This document shows, in pieces, positions 17,051 through 29,070 of a stretch of 64,000 nt of DNA (within the stretch, counting starts at the first letter, position 1; every line of letters begins with the position of its first letter). Both the position numbers and the translations under genes were made by a program. The notes beneath the pieces were generated by a model that was not told where the DNA came from, ran no database searches, and was given only the letters and a program-made list of their open reading frames with translations. Source of the stretch: an uncultured Arcobacteraceae bacterium (GTDB taxonomy: Bacteria > Campylobacterota > Campylobacteria > Campylobacterales > Arcobacteraceae); contig CAXHZO010000008.1 in assembly GCA_964022095.1 (NCBI GenBank), positions 1 through 64,000 of the forward strand, given 5' to 3'.

Positions 17051-17182
17051 TATAATCCAAAACTTTTTTAGAAAACTTACTGTTTCCTAGAATGGTAGTA
17101 TCGTTTCAACAGTATGTTGAAGTCAGACGAGAAGCATGAGCATTGCTATAATTGCTCAAACCAATTTAATTAAAGGGAAAAA
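17051..17182 (+). promoter_or_regulatory. rpsL promoter (-10 TATAAT) and structured 5' leader
   Basis: TATAAT at 17051-17056 followed by three hairpins before the RBS. Confidence 0.55.
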
Positions 17183-17557
17183 ATGCCTACTATTAATCAG
17201 CTTGTTAGAAAAGAGCGAAAAAAGGTGATCAAAAAATCTAAATCACCAGCATTAAAAGATTGTCCACAAAGAAGAGGGGTATGTACAAGAGTATATACTA
17301 CTACTCCAAAGAAACCTAACTCGGCTTTAAGAAAAGTTGCAAAAGTTAGATTAACAACTGGATTTGAGGTTATCTCATATATCGGTGGTGAGGGTCATAA
17401 CTTACAAGAACACTCTATCGTATTAGTTAGAGGGGGAAGAGTTAAGGATTTACCTGGTGTTAAGTATCACATCGTTAGAGGTGCCTTAGATACAGCTGGT
17501 GTTGCAAATAGAAATGTTGCAAGATCTAAATATGGTACTAAAAAGCCTAAGAAATAA
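17183..17557 (+). CDS. rpsL: 30S ribosomal protein S12
   Basis: [27 protein letters not shown]. Confidence 0.99.
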   Translation: MPTINQLVRKERKKVIKKSKSPALKDCPQRRGVCTRVYTTTPKKPNSALRKVAKVRLTTGFEVISYIGGEGHNLQEHSIVLVRGGRVKDLPGVKYHIVRGALDTAGVANRNVARSKYGTKKPKK

Positions 17558-17561
17558 GTAG

Positions 17562-18041
<480 letters not shown>

Positions 18042-18071
18042 TCAATCTGTAATTAATTTGATAACAGATTT

Positions 18072-18099
18072 AAAAGGGTGTTTTACACCCTTTTTTTTT
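18072..18099 (+). terminator. Intrinsic terminator between rpsG and fusA
   Basis: AAAAGGGTGT-TTT-ACACCC followed by T9. Confidence 0.8.
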
Positions 18100-18109
18100 A
18101 GCGTTTTTT

Positions 18110-18118
18110 TGATACAAT
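18110..18118 (+). promoter_or_regulatory. Extended -10 promoter for fusA
   Basis: TGATACAAT (TGn-TAnAAT) about 36 nt before the ATG. Confidence 0.6.
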
Positions 18119-18154
18119 CACGAAAACTTACATAATTTAAAAGGAAAACTTAAG

Positions 18155-20263
18155 ATGGCAAGAAAAACTCCTCTTAACAGAGTTAGAAATATTGGTATTG
18201 CTGCGCACATTGATGCTGGTAAAACTACAACTACTGAAAGAATTTTATTCTATACTGGTGTATCTCACAAAATTGGTGAGGTTCATGATGGTGCTGCTAC
18301 TATGGACTGGATGGAACAAGAGCAAGAAAGAGGTATTACAATTACTTCTGCTGCAACTACTTGTCATTGGCCTCACCCAAAAACTAACGAAGAACTACAA
18401 ATTAATATCATTGACACTCCAGGTCACGTTGACTTCACAATTGAAGTTGAAAGATCTATGAGAGTTTTAGATGGTGCTGTTGCAGTATTTTGTTCAGTTG
18501 GTGGGGTTCAACCACAATCTGAAACAGTTTGGAGACAAGCTAACAAATATAAAGTTCCAAGAATGATTTTCGTTAATAAAATGGATAGAACTGGTGCTGA
18601 TTTCTTCAACGTTGAAAAACAAGTTGCAGAAAGATTAAAAGCTAATCCTGTTCCTGTTCAATTACCAATTGGTGCTGAAGAAAACTTCCAAGGTGTTATT
18701 GACTTAGTACAAATGAAAGCTATCGTTTGGGACGAAGATGCTGCAATGGGTTCTAGCTACCACGTAGAAGATATTCCTGCAGAATTACAAGATCAAGCTG
18801 AAGAATACAGAGAAAAAATGATTGAAGCTGCTGCTGAATCATCTGAAGAGTTAATGGAAAAATACTTTGAAGAGGGTGAATTATCAGAAGAAGAAATCGT
18901 TGCTGGATTAAAAGCTGCTTGTTTAAATATGACTATTACTCCAATGACTTGTGGTACTGCATTTAAAAACAAAGGTGTTCAAACTTTACTTGACGCTGTT
19001 TCTATGTATTTACCTGCACCAACTGAGGTTGCTGATATTAATGGTGAAACTCAAGATGGTGAAGCTGTAATCGTTCCTTCTTCTGATGATGGTGAAGTTG
19101 CGGCATTAGCATTTAAAATTATGACTGACCCATTTGTTGGTCAATTAACATTCTCAAGAGTATATAGAGGACAATTAGAGTCTGGAACTTATGTAATGAA
19201 CTCTACAAAAATGAAAAAAGAGAGAATCGGAAGATTACTTAAAATGCACTCAAATAACAGAGAAGAAGTTAGTCAACTTTACGCTGGTGAAATTGGTGCA
19301 GTTGTTGGTCTTAAAAACACAATTACAGGTGATACTTTAGCTTCTGAAAAAGATCCAGTTATCTTAGAAAGAATGGAGTTCCCTGAGCCAGTTATTTCTG
19401 TAGCAGTTGAGCCAAAAACTAAAGCTGACCAAGAAAAAATGGGTATTGCATTAGGAAAATTAGCAGAAGAAGATCCATCATTCAGAGTTAATACTGATGA
19501 AGAATCTGGACAAACTATTATTTCAGGAATGGGTGAGTTACACTTAGAAATTCTTGTTGATAGAATGAAAAGAGAATTTAAAGTTGAAGCTGAAGTTGGT
19601 GCTCCACAAGTTGCTTATAGAGAAACAATTAAAAACTCTGTTAAACAAGAGTACAAATATGCTAAACAATCTGGTGGTAAAGGTCAATACGGTCACGTAT
19701 ACTTAGAAATTACTCCATTACCAGCAGGTGGTGAAGAAAACTTTATCTTCAAAAACGACATTAAAGGTGGGGTTGTACCAAAAGAGTATGTTCCTGCAGT
19801 TCAAAAAGGTTGTGAAGAAGCAATGGCTGGTGGTATTTTAGCTGGTTATCCAATGGTTGATATCGAAGTTAGATTATACGATGGTTCTTACCATGATGTT
19901 GATTCATCTGAGATGGCGTTTAAATTAGCTGCATCTATGGGATTCAAGCAAGGTTGTAGAAGTGCAGCTGCTAATCCTATTATCTTAGAGCCAATCATGA
20001 AAGTTGAAATTGAAACTCCAGAAGAGTACATGGGTGATGTTATTGGTGATTGTAATAAAAGAAGAGGACAAGTTCAATCTATGGATGACAGAGCTGGTGT
20101 TAAACTAGTTACTGCTATGATTCCATTATCTGAAATGTTCGGTTACTCTACAGACTTAAGATCTATGTCTCAAGGTAGAGCAACTTATTCAATGATTTTT
20201 GATGCATACCAAGAAGTACCAAAAAATGTTTCTGATGAGATTATCGCAAAAAGAAACGGGTAA
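18155..20263 (+). CDS. fusA: Elongation factor G
   Basis: [31 protein letters not shown]. Confidence 0.99.
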   Translation: MARKTPLNRVRNIGIAAHIDAGKTTTTERILFYTGVSHKIGEVHDGAATMDWMEQEQERGITITSAATTCHWPHPKTNEELQINIIDTPGHVDFTIEVERSMRVLDGAVAVFCSVGGVQPQSETVWRQANKYKVPRMIFVNKMDRTGADFFNVEKQVAERLKANPVPVQLPIGAEENFQGVIDLVQMKAIVWDEDAAMGSSYHVEDIPAELQDQAEEYREKMIEAAAESSEELMEKYFEEGELSEEEIVAGLKAACLNMTITPMTCGTAFKNKGVQTLLDAVSMYLPAPTEVADINGETQDGEAVIVPSSDDGEVAALAFKIMTDPFVGQLTFSRVYRGQLESGTYVMNSTKMKKERIGRLLKMHSNNREEVSQLYAGEIGAVVGLKNTITGDTLASEKDPVILERMEFPEPVISVAVEPKTKADQEKMGIALGKLAEEDPSFRVNTDEESGQTIISGMGELHLEILVDRMKREFKVEAEVGAPQVAYRETIKNSVKQEYKYAKQSGGKGQYGHVYLEITPLPAGGEENFIFKNDIKGGVVPKEYVPAVQKGCEEAMAGGILAGYPMVDIEVRLYDGSYHDVDSSEMAFKLAASMGFKQGCRSAAANPIILEPIMKVEIETPEEYMGDVIGDCNKRRGQVQSMDDRAGVKLVTAMIPLSEMFGYSTDLRSMSQGRATYSMIFDAYQEVPKNVSDEIIAKRNG

Positions 20264-20287
20264 TTTATATAAATAAATTTACTTTTT

Positions 20288-20320
20288 AAAGGGATATGCA
20301 TTTTGCATATCCCTTTTTTT
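20288..20320 (+). terminator. Intrinsic terminator after fusA
   Basis: AAAGGGATATGCA-TTT-TGCATATCCC followed by a T-run. Confidence 0.88.
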
Positions 20321-20393
20321 ATTGCATTATATATGTTATTTCTGATAAATTTGATACAATAATTTATATAATTTAATATCACAAAGAGAAAAT

Positions 20394-21263
20394 TTGAAAG
20401 TAGAAAAAAATAGCGAACTGCTAAAGTCTATAAATAAAGCAGGAATAATACTTAAACCATCTAGCCCAGAATTAAGAGATGATTTCTTTAAAATTAAAGA
20501 GCTATTTCAAAATGTAGGAATTGAAGTTTATTTAGAAAATGATTCAGCCCAAATGATAGATATTGATGGAGATTTATCATTTAATGAATTATGTAAAAAA
20601 GTAGATTTTTTAGTTTCTGTTGGCGGAGATGGGACACTACTTTCTGTTTCAAGAAGATCATTTAAATCAAATATTCCTGTTTTAGGTATTAATCTTGGAA
20701 CTTTAGGATTCTTAACTGATATAAACATGGATCAGCTTCCAGGATTTTTAGAAGACTTAAAAAACAATAGATATAAAATTGATAATAGAATGATGGTAGA
20801 AGGTAGTGTTAATTCAAATAATTTTGTAGCTTTTAATGATATTGTTATTACAAGAAAATCTATTTCATCAATGATTAAAATTAAAGCCAAAATTGATGGT
20901 AAACCTTTTAATTCTTATTTTGGAGATGGTGTGATTATTTCAACTCCAACTGGTTCAACTGCATATAATTTATCAGTTGGAGGACCAATTGTATATCCTT
21001 TAACAGAAGCTTTTATTATAACTCCAGTTGCTCCGCACTCTTTAACACAAAGACCACTTGTTATGCCTGCTGATTTTGAAATAGAGTTTAAAATTTCTGA
21101 TACTCAAGGTGCAGTTGTTATAGTTGATGGGCAAGATATATATGAAATACAACAAAATGATTCTGTAAAAATTAAAATTGCATCGAAAAAAGCAAAAATG
21201 TTACATAGATGTGAGAGAAACTTTTTTGCAGTTTTAAATGAAAAATTAGCATGGGGAAATTAA
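20394..21263 (+). CDS. nadK: NAD(+) kinase
   Basis: GGDGT, GxNLGxLGFL, TPTGSTAYNLSVGG; adjacent to recN; TGATACAAT at 20352-20360. Confidence 0.96.
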   Translation: MKVEKNSELLKSINKAGIILKPSSPELRDDFFKIKELFQNVGIEVYLENDSAQMIDIDGDLSFNELCKKVDFLVSVGGDGTLLSVSRRSFKSNIPVLGINLGTLGFLTDINMDQLPGFLEDLKNNRYKIDNRMMVEGSVNSNNFVAFNDIVITRKSISSMIKIKAKIDGKPFNSYFGDGVIISTPTGSTAYNLSVGGPIVYPLTEAFIITPVAPHSLTQRPLVMPADFEIEFKISDTQGAVVIVDGQDIYEIQQNDSVKIKIASKKAKMLHRCERNFFAVLNEKLAWGN

Positions 21264-22793
21264 TTGATAAATAGAGTATACTTAAAAGATTGCTTATCTT
21301 TTCAAGAAGTTGATTTAGAGTTTAACAAAGGTTTAAATGTTTTTACAGGTCCAAGTGGAGCTGGTAAATCTATATTAATGCAAGGAATTTTATCACTATT
21401 TTCTCAAAGTGATGTAAAAGCAAATTTAGGTGAAGTTGAACTTATCAATAACTCAGTAGAAAATGAGTTATATGATATCTCAAAAAATGATGATATTGTA
21501 ATTAAAACAATAAAAAAAGAAAAAGTTAGATACTTTTTAAATAATCAAACAATATCAAAAAAAAATCTAAATGTATTCTCTTCAAAATTAATAAAACATT
21601 TAAACTTAAAAGATACAAGTGATTTCGAGTCAAAAAAACTATTAGTTTTCTTAGATAAATTATGCCAAAAAGAGATGTCAGAGTTTAAAGATATTAAGCA
21701 ACAATACGATGTTTTATATTTAGAGTATACTAAAGCAAAAAAAGAGTTAGAAAAACTTTTAGAAGATGAAAATAAACTTGAAGATTTAAAAGAGTTTGCA
21801 AGATTTGAAATTGAAAAAATAGAATCTATCAATCCTTCAGTTGATGAATATGAAGAATTGAGCTTATTAAAAAAACGACTCACAAAAAAAGAGAAAATAC
21901 AAGAAGCCATTGAAAAAGCAAACCCAATATTTGAGCTTACTCACAATGTATCAAATGCACTAGAAATTTTAGATGAAAATAGTACATTTTTTGATGATGC
22001 TATTAATGAATTAAATAATATATTTGAAAGATTCAATGATTCTTTATATGAATTAGAGGAAATAGATATTGAAACAGTTCTTGATAGAATTGAAAAGTTA
22101 TCTGCATTACAAAAAAGATTTGGCTCTATTGTTGAAGCTTTAAAGTACAAGGATGAAAAGAAAAAAGAACTTGATTCTTATGAGAATATTACTTTTGAGA
22201 AACAACAATTAGAATCAAAAGTTAATGAATCAATTATAAAATTAAATACTCTTGCAAAAGAAATTTCAAAATATAGAGTACTCGCTAGTAAAACATTAGA
22301 AGAAAAAATGAATTATTATTTAAAATATTTATACTTAAGTAATGCAAAAATTATTATTGAAGAAAAAGACTTAGATTTTACTGGAATCGATGAAGTAAAA
22401 TTTGAATTAAATGGTGTAAATTTAAATACTATTAGTTCTGGTGAGTTTAATAGACTAAGATTATCTTTATTGACAAGTATGAGTGAATATCAAATTGTTG
22501 ATGATGGTATTTTATTTTTAGATGAGATTGATGCAAACTTAAGTGGTAAAGAAAGTGAAGCTATAGCTAAAGTTTTAGAACAACTTTCAAACACATATCA
22601 AATTTTTGCAATATCTCATCAACCTCAATTAACTTCCTCTGCACACCAACACTTTTTAGTGGATAAAAAAGATGGAAACTCTATTGTTAGAAAATTAACA
22701 AAAGATGAAAAAATCAATGAAATTGCAAGAATGATTAGTGGTGAAGAGCTAAGTGCACATGCAATGGATTTTGCAAGGCAGATAGTTAAATAA
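21264..22793 (+). CDS. recN: DNA repair protein RecN
   Basis: Walker A GPSGAGKS, coiled coil, SSGE signature, LDEIDANLSG, SHQPQ. Confidence 0.95.
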   Translation: MINRVYLKDCLSFQEVDLEFNKGLNVFTGPSGAGKSILMQGILSLFSQSDVKANLGEVELINNSVENELYDISKNDDIVIKTIKKEKVRYFLNNQTISKKNLNVFSSKLIKHLNLKDTSDFESKKLLVFLDKLCQKEMSEFKDIKQQYDVLYLEYTKAKKELEKLLEDENKLEDLKEFARFEIEKIESINPSVDEYEELSLLKKRLTKKEKIQEAIEKANPIFELTHNVSNALEILDENSTFFDDAINELNNIFERFNDSLYELEEIDIETVLDRIEKLSALQKRFGSIVEALKYKDEKKKELDSYENITFEKQQLESKVNESIIKLNTLAKEISKYRVLASKTLEEKMNYYLKYLYLSNAKIIIEEKDLDFTGIDEVKFELNGVNLNTISSGEFNRLRLSLLTSMSEYQIVDDGILFLDEIDANLSGKESEAIAKVLEQLSNTYQIFAISHQPQLTSSAHQHFLVDKKDGNSIVRKLTKDEKINEIARMISGEELSAHAMDFARQIVK

Positions 22794-22884
22794 AATAATA
22801 TAAATAACTTTTGGATACATTTCTAAATAATCGTTACTAATTGAATTATCCCCAATACTTATATTATAAATAATCAAAAATAAT

Positions 22885-22914
22885 TTGACTTTTCTAATTA
22901 ATAATTGCTATACT
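22885..22914 (+). promoter_or_regulatory. sigma70 promoter for the chemoreceptor gene
   Basis: TTGACT-N18-TATACT with TG extension (TGCTATACT). Confidence 0.6.
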
Positions 22915-22942
22915 CAATTATAGAATACTAGGGGGGAAAGTC

Positions 22943-25861
22943 ATGGGGTCAAATTTATCAATAAAAGCAAAGTTATTGCTTTTAGCTTTAATAACAATAA
23001 TTGTTGTTTCAATTTCAATTACTATTGATTCAATATACTCAATCAATAAATTATCAAGTGAAAACATAGAGAATTACGAAAAAGAAGCTTATGCAAAAAA
23101 AGAGAAAGAACTTCAAAATTATGTTTCTTTAGCTTATAAAACTATAGAGTCTTATTATGAAAGAACATCTATAGAAAAAGTTAAAATAGAAGTACAAAGT
23201 GATTTAAAAGATCAAACAAACTTTTTATTTTCAGTACTTAATGCGGAGTATGAAAAATTAAAAGATAGTTTATCAACTGAGGCTTTGCAGTATAGATTAA
23301 AATCTATTATTAATGCATCAAGATATGGAACAAACGGTTATTTTTGGGTTAATGATATAAATGCGGTAATTGTTACTCATCCAATAAAACCACAATTAAA
23401 TGGTAGAGATATGATTGACTACAAAGATAAAGGTGGGAAAAGAATATTCTTTGAATTTGCAAAAGTTGCAAAACAAAATGGGGATGGTTATGTTGATTAT
23501 GTATGGCCAAAACCAGGATTTGAAAAGCCACAACCGAAAGTATCTTACGTGAAATTATTTAAGCCATATGGTTGGGTAATTGGAACTGGAGCTTATGTTG
23601 ATGATGTTACTTCAAAACTTCAAGAAGAAGCAAAAGAAGCAATCAAAAATATGAGATATGGTAAAGATGGATATTTCTGGATTAATAGTTCTTATCCTAA
23701 AATGGTAATGCATCCAATAAAACCTGCTTTAATAGGAAAAGATTTATCTAATAATCAAGATGCAAGAGGTAAGAAACATTTTGTTGAGATGGTTAAAGTT
23801 TCTAATGCAAAACCAGAAGGTGGATTAGTGACTTATATGTGGGATAGACCAGGAAAAGCAGGTGATCCAAGAGAAAAGTTCTCATATGTGAAAAAGTTTG
23901 AGCAATGGGATTGGATTATTGGTACTGGTGAGTATGTTGATAATATTAAGCAAGATGTTCTTCTTATGGAAAATAAAACAAAAGAAGATATTACTAATAT
24001 CATTATTTATATTTCAATATTTGCACTTATTGCAATAATTATCTCTTATATTGTTTATAGTGTATTAATTAACAGAACTATTATTAAACCAATTGATAAT
24101 TTAAAAGATGCTGTTGACACTATTACAAATAGTAATAATAATGCAGGTGAGATTGAAAAAACTTCAAATGATGAAATTGGTAGTTTAGTTGATAGTTTTA
24201 ATGCTTATGTAAATAAATTAAAAGATGGATATGAGCAAGATGCTAAAGTAATTGAAGAAGTTGATAGTGTAATTGACAAAGTAAATAAAGGTTTCTATAT
24301 TTATAAAATTACAAAAACATCTAACAATCCTCAAATTATGAGATTAAGAGATTCTATTAATAGTATGATTGATAAAACTAATGAAAATTTAACAAAGTTA
24401 AATAATGTTTTAATCGAATATGGTAATTCAAACTTTGTTTCAAATGAGAATGTAAAAGGAGATGATGTAAATGGTATTATCTCATCACTTGTTTCAAGTA
24501 CAAATTTAGTTGGATCATCAGTATCTAACTTCTTATCAATGATTGTTGAAAGTGGTAAAAAATTAAATGATGATACAAAAGTTTTATCTGAATCATCAGC
24601 TAACTTATCAAGTTCAGCTAATCAACAAGCTGCATCTTTAGAAGAAACAGCAGCTGCGGTTGAAGAGATTACTTCAATTGTTAAATCAAATGTACATAAT
24701 ATTGGAAGAATGTCTCAATTAGCAAATGAATTAAATCATTCTTCACAAGAGGGTGAATCTTTAGCATCTCAAACTACACAAGCTATGGATGAGATTGATG
24801 ATCAAGTTAAATCAATTAATGAAGCAATTACAGTAATTGATCAAATTGCATTCCAAACAAATATTTTATCACTAAATGCTGCAGTTGAAGCTGCAACTGC
24901 AGGTGAAGCTGGAAAAGGATTTGCTGTTGTTGCACAAGAAGTTAGAAATCTTGCAAGTAGATCAGCCGAAGCTGCAAAAGAGATTAAAGATATTGTTGAA
25001 AATGCAACAAGTAAAGCTAATGAAGGTAAAATAATTGCAAATAATATGATTGGTGGATATAGTTCATTAAATGAAAAAATTAATGAAACTATTGGCTTAA
25101 TTGCAAATGTAAATCAAGCAAGTACAGAAGAAGAAAAAGGTATTATTCAAATTAATGATGCGATTAATGCCCTTGACAGAGCAACTCAAGTAAATGCAAA
25201 TTCAGCTACTACAATTAGTGGTTTAGCATCAGAAGTATCTGCACTTTCTGATACTTTAATCCAAGTTGCTGATAGAGCAAACTTTAATGTTATGAGTAAA
25301 GAATCTATTAAAGATATTGATTTAGTATTTAAAATTTCTAAGTTAAAATCAGATCACATCAAGTTTAAAAGTGATAATTTCAATAAATTATCTACAACTA
25401 GTACTTCATGGAAAGTTAAATCTTGTTCAGAGTGTGATTTAGGAAGATGGATTAGTGAGCAAGAAGGTTTAGGAAAAGAGTTTACAAAAACATCTAATTG
25501 GAGATTATTAAAAGAGAAACATGAATTAGTTCATGGATATGTACAATCTTATATTGATGAGGATTGTAAAGGAAATCTTGATTCTGAATTATTAAATGAA
25601 TTCTCTTCGAAACTTGATACTACTACATTAGAATTATTTGATTGTTTAGAACAAATAAAAATTGAAAATGTTTTAGAGAAAAAAGAGATAATCGATGCTA
25701 AGCCACAACCAGTTAAACGTGAAGAAATAGCGCCTGTAAGAGCCTCTAGTGTTAGTAAAGCAAAAGAGACAAAAGCAGAAGCTAAAAAAGAAGTAAACTA
25801 TAATGATAATAAAGTTATAACTTCAAACAACAATAGTGATGATGAATGGGAAAGCTTTTAG
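22943..25861 (+). CDS. Methyl-accepting chemotaxis protein: two Cache_2-type repeats, HAMP, signalling domain, C-terminal CZB and EWESF pentapeptide
   Basis: Two YG..GYFW..HPIKP repeats, two TMs, [28 protein letters not shown] / C.LG.W / H...H, ends EWESF. Confidence 0.93.
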   Translation: MGSNLSIKAKLLLLALITIIVVSISITIDSIYSINKLSSENIENYEKEAYAKKEKELQNYVSLAYKTIESYYERTSIEKVKIEVQSDLKDQTNFLFSVLNAEYEKLKDSLSTEALQYRLKSIINASRYGTNGYFWVNDINAVIVTHPIKPQLNGRDMIDYKDKGGKRIFFEFAKVAKQNGDGYVDYVWPKPGFEKPQPKVSYVKLFKPYGWVIGTGAYVDDVTSKLQEEAKEAIKNMRYGKDGYFWINSSYPKMVMHPIKPALIGKDLSNNQDARGKKHFVEMVKVSNAKPEGGLVTYMWDRPGKAGDPREKFSYVKKFEQWDWIIGTGEYVDNIKQDVLLMENKTKEDITNIIIYISIFALIAIIISYIVYSVLINRTIIKPIDNLKDAVDTITNSNNNAGEIEKTSNDEIGSLVDSFNAYVNKLKDGYEQDAKVIEEVDSVIDKVNKGFYIYKITKTSNNPQIMRLRDSINSMIDKTNENLTKLNNVLIEYGNSNFVSNENVKGDDVNGIISSLVSSTNLVGSSVSNFLSMIVESGKKLNDDTKVLSESSANLSSSANQQAASLEETAAAVEEITSIVKSNVHNIGRMSQLANELNHSSQEGESLASQTTQAMDEIDDQVKSINEAITVIDQIAFQTNILSLNAAVEAATAGEAGKGFAVVAQEVRNLASRSAEAAKEIKDIVENATSKANEGKIIANNMIGGYSSLNEKINETIGLIANVNQASTEEEKGIIQINDAINALDRATQVNANSATTISGLASEVSALSDTLIQVADRANFNVMSKESIKDIDLVFKISKLKSDHIKFKSDNFNKLSTTSTSWKVKSCSECDLGRWISEQEGLGKEFTKTSNWRLLKEKHELVHGYVQSYIDEDCKGNLDSELLNEFSSKLDTTTLELFDCLEQIKIENVLEKKEIIDAKPQPVKREEIAPVRASSVSKAKETKAEAKKEVNYNDNKVITSNNNSDDEWESF

Positions 25862-25984
25862 AAGCTTCCCTTCATCACATAAGAAATTAGACAAAATCTC
25901 TCCTCTTTTATATTTATAAAAAAATAGATATAATTCCAAAAATATTAATAAAAACTTACTATTATGAAAAATCAAAGGAAATTT

Positions 25985-27268
25985 ATGAACGATAAAAAAG
26001 TAGAGTTACTATCACCAGCTGGTAATTTAGAAAAGTTAAAAATTGCTATTAAATATGGTGCAGATGCAGTTTATGCAGGTGTTAGTCACTTTAGTTTAAG
26101 AATTAGAGCTGGAAAAGAATTCACATTTGAAACTTTTAAAGAGGGAATCGATTATGCTCATGCAAGAGGCAAAAGAGTATATGCAACTATTAATGGATTT
26201 CCTTTTAACTCACAAATTGATTTATTAAAAAAACATATTTTATCAATGGCTGAACTAGAACCTGATGCATTTATTGTAGCTGCACCCGGTGTTGTAAGAT
26301 TATGTAGAGAACTAGCTCCTCAAATTCCAATTCATTTATCAACTCAAGCAAATGTACTAAACTACATGGATGCACAAGTATTTTGGGATATGGGAGTAAA
26401 AAGAATTGTTGTTGCAAGAGAAATATCATTAAAAGATGTTAAAGAGATAAAAAAACATTTACCTGAAATGGAGATAGAGATTTTTGCTCATGGTTCTATG
26501 TGTTTTGCATACTCTGGAAGATGTTTAGTAAGTGCAGTTCAAATGGGTAGAGTTCCAAATAGAGGATCTTGTGCAAATGATTGTAGATTTGAATATACTT
26601 TATATGCTGCAAATGAAGATCATAGCACTTTATTTAGATTAGAAGAAGAACCGGGTGTTGGTACTTATATTTTCAATTCAAAAGATTTAAATTTAGCTTC
26701 ACATATAAAAGAGATTTTAGATTCAGGAGCGGTTAACGCTCTTAAAATTGAAGGTAGAACAAAATCACCATATTATGCAGCAGTAACAGCAAAAACATAT
26801 AGAACTGCAATTGATGATTATTTTGCAGATAACTTTGAAGCTGATAAATATCAAAGAGAATTACATACTACAAAAAATAGAGGCTTCACTGATGCATACT
26901 TAGTTCATAGACCATTTGAGAAAACAGATTCTCAAAACCATGAATATGCTTTAAGTAAAGGTTCTTATGAGGTAAGTGGTTTAGTTACAGATGATGAAGA
27001 ACATTTTATGTGTAAATATAAAACTTTTCCAAATGAAAATATAGAAATTTTTACACCAAATGGTGAAATTTTACAAGAGTGTGAAAATGAAATTGGGAAG
27101 ATTTTTAAAGGTGAAAATGGAATTTATTACATTAACTTTAAAAAGATACTAACAGAATCAGGAAAAGAGTTAGAAGCAGTTCATAGTGGAAATACTAACA
27201 AAATCAAACTTCCTGGAAAACTTCCATATCTAACGATGTTTAGAATTGAAAATAAAGAAGAAAATTAA
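25985..27268 (+). CDS. Peptidase U32 family protein (TrhP/YegQ-like tRNA hydroxylase; likely ATG at 25985)
   Basis: ELLSPAG, GADAVY, HLSTQAN, MCFAYSGRC, NRGSCANDCR, LKIEGR. Confidence 0.9.
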   Translation: MNDKKVELLSPAGNLEKLKIAIKYGADAVYAGVSHFSLRIRAGKEFTFETFKEGIDYAHARGKRVYATINGFPFNSQIDLLKKHILSMAELEPDAFIVAAPGVVRLCRELAPQIPIHLSTQANVLNYMDAQVFWDMGVKRIVVAREISLKDVKEIKKHLPEMEIEIFAHGSMCFAYSGRCLVSAVQMGRVPNRGSCANDCRFEYTLYAANEDHSTLFRLEEEPGVGTYIFNSKDLNLASHIKEILDSGAVNALKIEGRTKSPYYAAVTAKTYRTAIDDYFADNFEADKYQRELHTTKNRGFTDAYLVHRPFEKTDSQNHEYALSKGSYEVSGLVTDDEEHFMCKYKTFPNENIEIFTPNGEILQECENEIGKIFKGENGIYYINFKKILTESGKELEAVHSGNTNKIKLPGKLPYLTMFRIENKEEN

Positions 27269-27275
27269 AAAATAA

Positions 27276-28538
27276 ATGATATTTTTTAGAGTTACAGGCA
27301 ATATAAATATAAAAACTACTGATGGGACTATGGTTAACTATTATAAGTTCCGTAGACCATCAAACTTAAATAATGAAACTGCATATATATCCACTTATGA
27401 TGATTATAATGATTTAAAAGGCGTTTTTAAAAGAATCGATAAAGATAAGTTTTTTACTAGATTACTAAATGAAGATAAAATCAGAAATCTAGAAGGTTTC
27501 CCTATTGAATTGGGTATTTCTAATTATAATGAATATACAAAAACACAAGAGTGTGAAAGTGAATATTTTTTAGAAGACACAATAATTGATTTATATAAAC
27601 AATTAAAAGTGATTGATAAAGAAGAAGTAAAACTTGTAATTATTGGAAGTTTAGGTAAAACAATTAGTGAAATGATAGCTTCAAGTACAGCACTTAGAAT
27701 TCTACATTCAAAATTAAAAGAAATTTATAAAACAATAAAAATTGACCTTTATTTAAATGCTTCAAATAACAGTTTTTATAGTAGAGACAAATCTATTTAT
27801 GAAAAATTAAATTTTATTGAAAATATATATCCATTAAGTATTAGTGTAAAAACTTTTACACAATATGATTATTTTATTGATACAAGCTCTTTTATAAACT
27901 CTGCATATTTCAAAGAGTTAAACTATGTTGATGCATGGCTTTATAAATTTGGTATTGATTATAAAAAAATAAAAGATAATTTAAAATTCAATGAAATAGA
28001 TTTATCTAAAGTTACAATAAAAAAACAGATTACAGAAAAAATAAATAAGGCAAAAGAAAAAGGAAAACTACTTTTATATCACCCTTACTCTGCTAACTTG
28101 AAAAAATCAATTCCTCAAACTTATGCTATTGATATTCTAAAAAAATTATTAAAAGAAAATGAAGATTATGTAATTGTTAGCGCTTTAAATATTGATTCAA
28201 AAATTAAAGATGAAATGTTTTTAGATTTATCAAAAGATTCAAAAAGTTTGACAGAATTTATGTACATTATCTCACAAATGAATAGTGTATTAACAGTAGA
28301 TACAGCAACCTTTCATATTAGTGATTCTTTTATGATACCTACAGTTGCTATTTTTAATAATGAAGAGTATGAAAAAGAAACAAAGTACTATCCTTTTGTA
28401 AAATCTATTAGGGTTTATGATGAATCAAAAAATTTATCAAAGTTTATTTTTGATAATGAAGACTTAACTATCTATAAATTTGAATCTTGGAAAAAGCTCA
28501 AGATTAGTAAGATTATAAAACTATTAGAAAGTTTTTGA
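27276..28538 (+). CDS. Divergent glycosyltransferase family 9-like protein
   Basis: C-terminal VLTVDTATFHIS...IPTVAIF resembles the GT9 nucleotide-sugar motif; HP..A..KK motif. Confidence 0.6.
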   Translation: MIFFRVTGNINIKTTDGTMVNYYKFRRPSNLNNETAYISTYDDYNDLKGVFKRIDKDKFFTRLLNEDKIRNLEGFPIELGISNYNEYTKTQECESEYFLEDTIIDLYKQLKVIDKEEVKLVIIGSLGKTISEMIASSTALRILHSKLKEIYKTIKIDLYLNASNNSFYSRDKSIYEKLNFIENIYPLSISVKTFTQYDYFIDTSSFINSAYFKELNYVDAWLYKFGIDYKKIKDNLKFNEIDLSKVTIKKQITEKINKAKEKGKLLLYHPYSANLKKSIPQTYAIDILKKLLKENEDYVIVSALNIDSKIKDEMFLDLSKDSKSLTEFMYIISQMNSVLTVDTATFHISDSFMIPTVAIFNNEEYEKETKYYPFVKSIRVYDESKNLSKFIFDNEDLTIYKFESWKKLKISKIIKLLESF

Positions 28539-28575
28539 TATAATCGCAAATTAATAGATTAATAAGGAACTAAAA

Positions 28576-29070
28576 ATGAATTTTGTTTCAATTATAATGG
28601 GTAGTAAATCAGACTATGAAATTATGAAGCACTGTGCTGATACATTTGAAAAATTCAATGTAAAGTACGAAATTATAATTTCTTCAGCTCATAGAAGTCC
28701 AAAGAGAACTAAGGACTATATTAAAGAAGCTGAAGAAAAAGGTGCAGTTGCATTTATTGCTGCTGCTGGTATGGCTGCTCATTTAGCAGGTGCCGTTGCT
28801 GCAACTACAACTAAACCAGTTATTGGTGTACCTATGAAAGGTGGAGCTATGGATGGTATGGATGCAATGCTTTCAACTGTTCAAATGCCTGCTGGTATGC
28901 CTGTTGGTACTGTTGCACTTGGTAGAAGTGGAGCAATCAATGCTGCTTATTTAGCTATGCAAATTTTAGCTATATATGATCCAGAATTAGCAACAAAATT
29001 AAAAGAAGATAGAATCGTTCAATCTAAAAAAGTAGAGAGTGATTCAAAAGATATCGAAATTATTTTATAG
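28576..29070 (+). CDS. purE: N5-CAIR mutase
   Basis: IMGSKSD, SAHRSP, AGMAAHL, STVQMPAGMPV; TGATATAAT at 28536-28544. Confidence 0.98.
   Translation: MNFVSIIMGSKSDYEIMKHCADTFEKFNVKYEIIISSAHRSPKRTKDYIKEAEEKGAVAFIAAAGMAAHLAGAVAATTTKPVIGVPMKGGAMDGMDAMLSTVQMPAGMPVGTVALGRSGAINAAYLAMQILAIYDPELATKLKEDRIVQSKKVESDSKDIEIIL

Noticed and set aside
17290-17460. Streptomycin-resistance substitutions in S12
   Set aside because: PKKPNS and RVKDLP keep both key lysines
22824-22852. Fur/PerR-like box upstream of the chemoreceptor
   Set aside because: Only a loose match in very AT-rich DNA; not distinguishable from chance without a matrix scan
22931-22936. G6 tract as a phase-variation site
   Set aside because: Too short compared with typical phase-variable poly-G tracts and explained as the RBS
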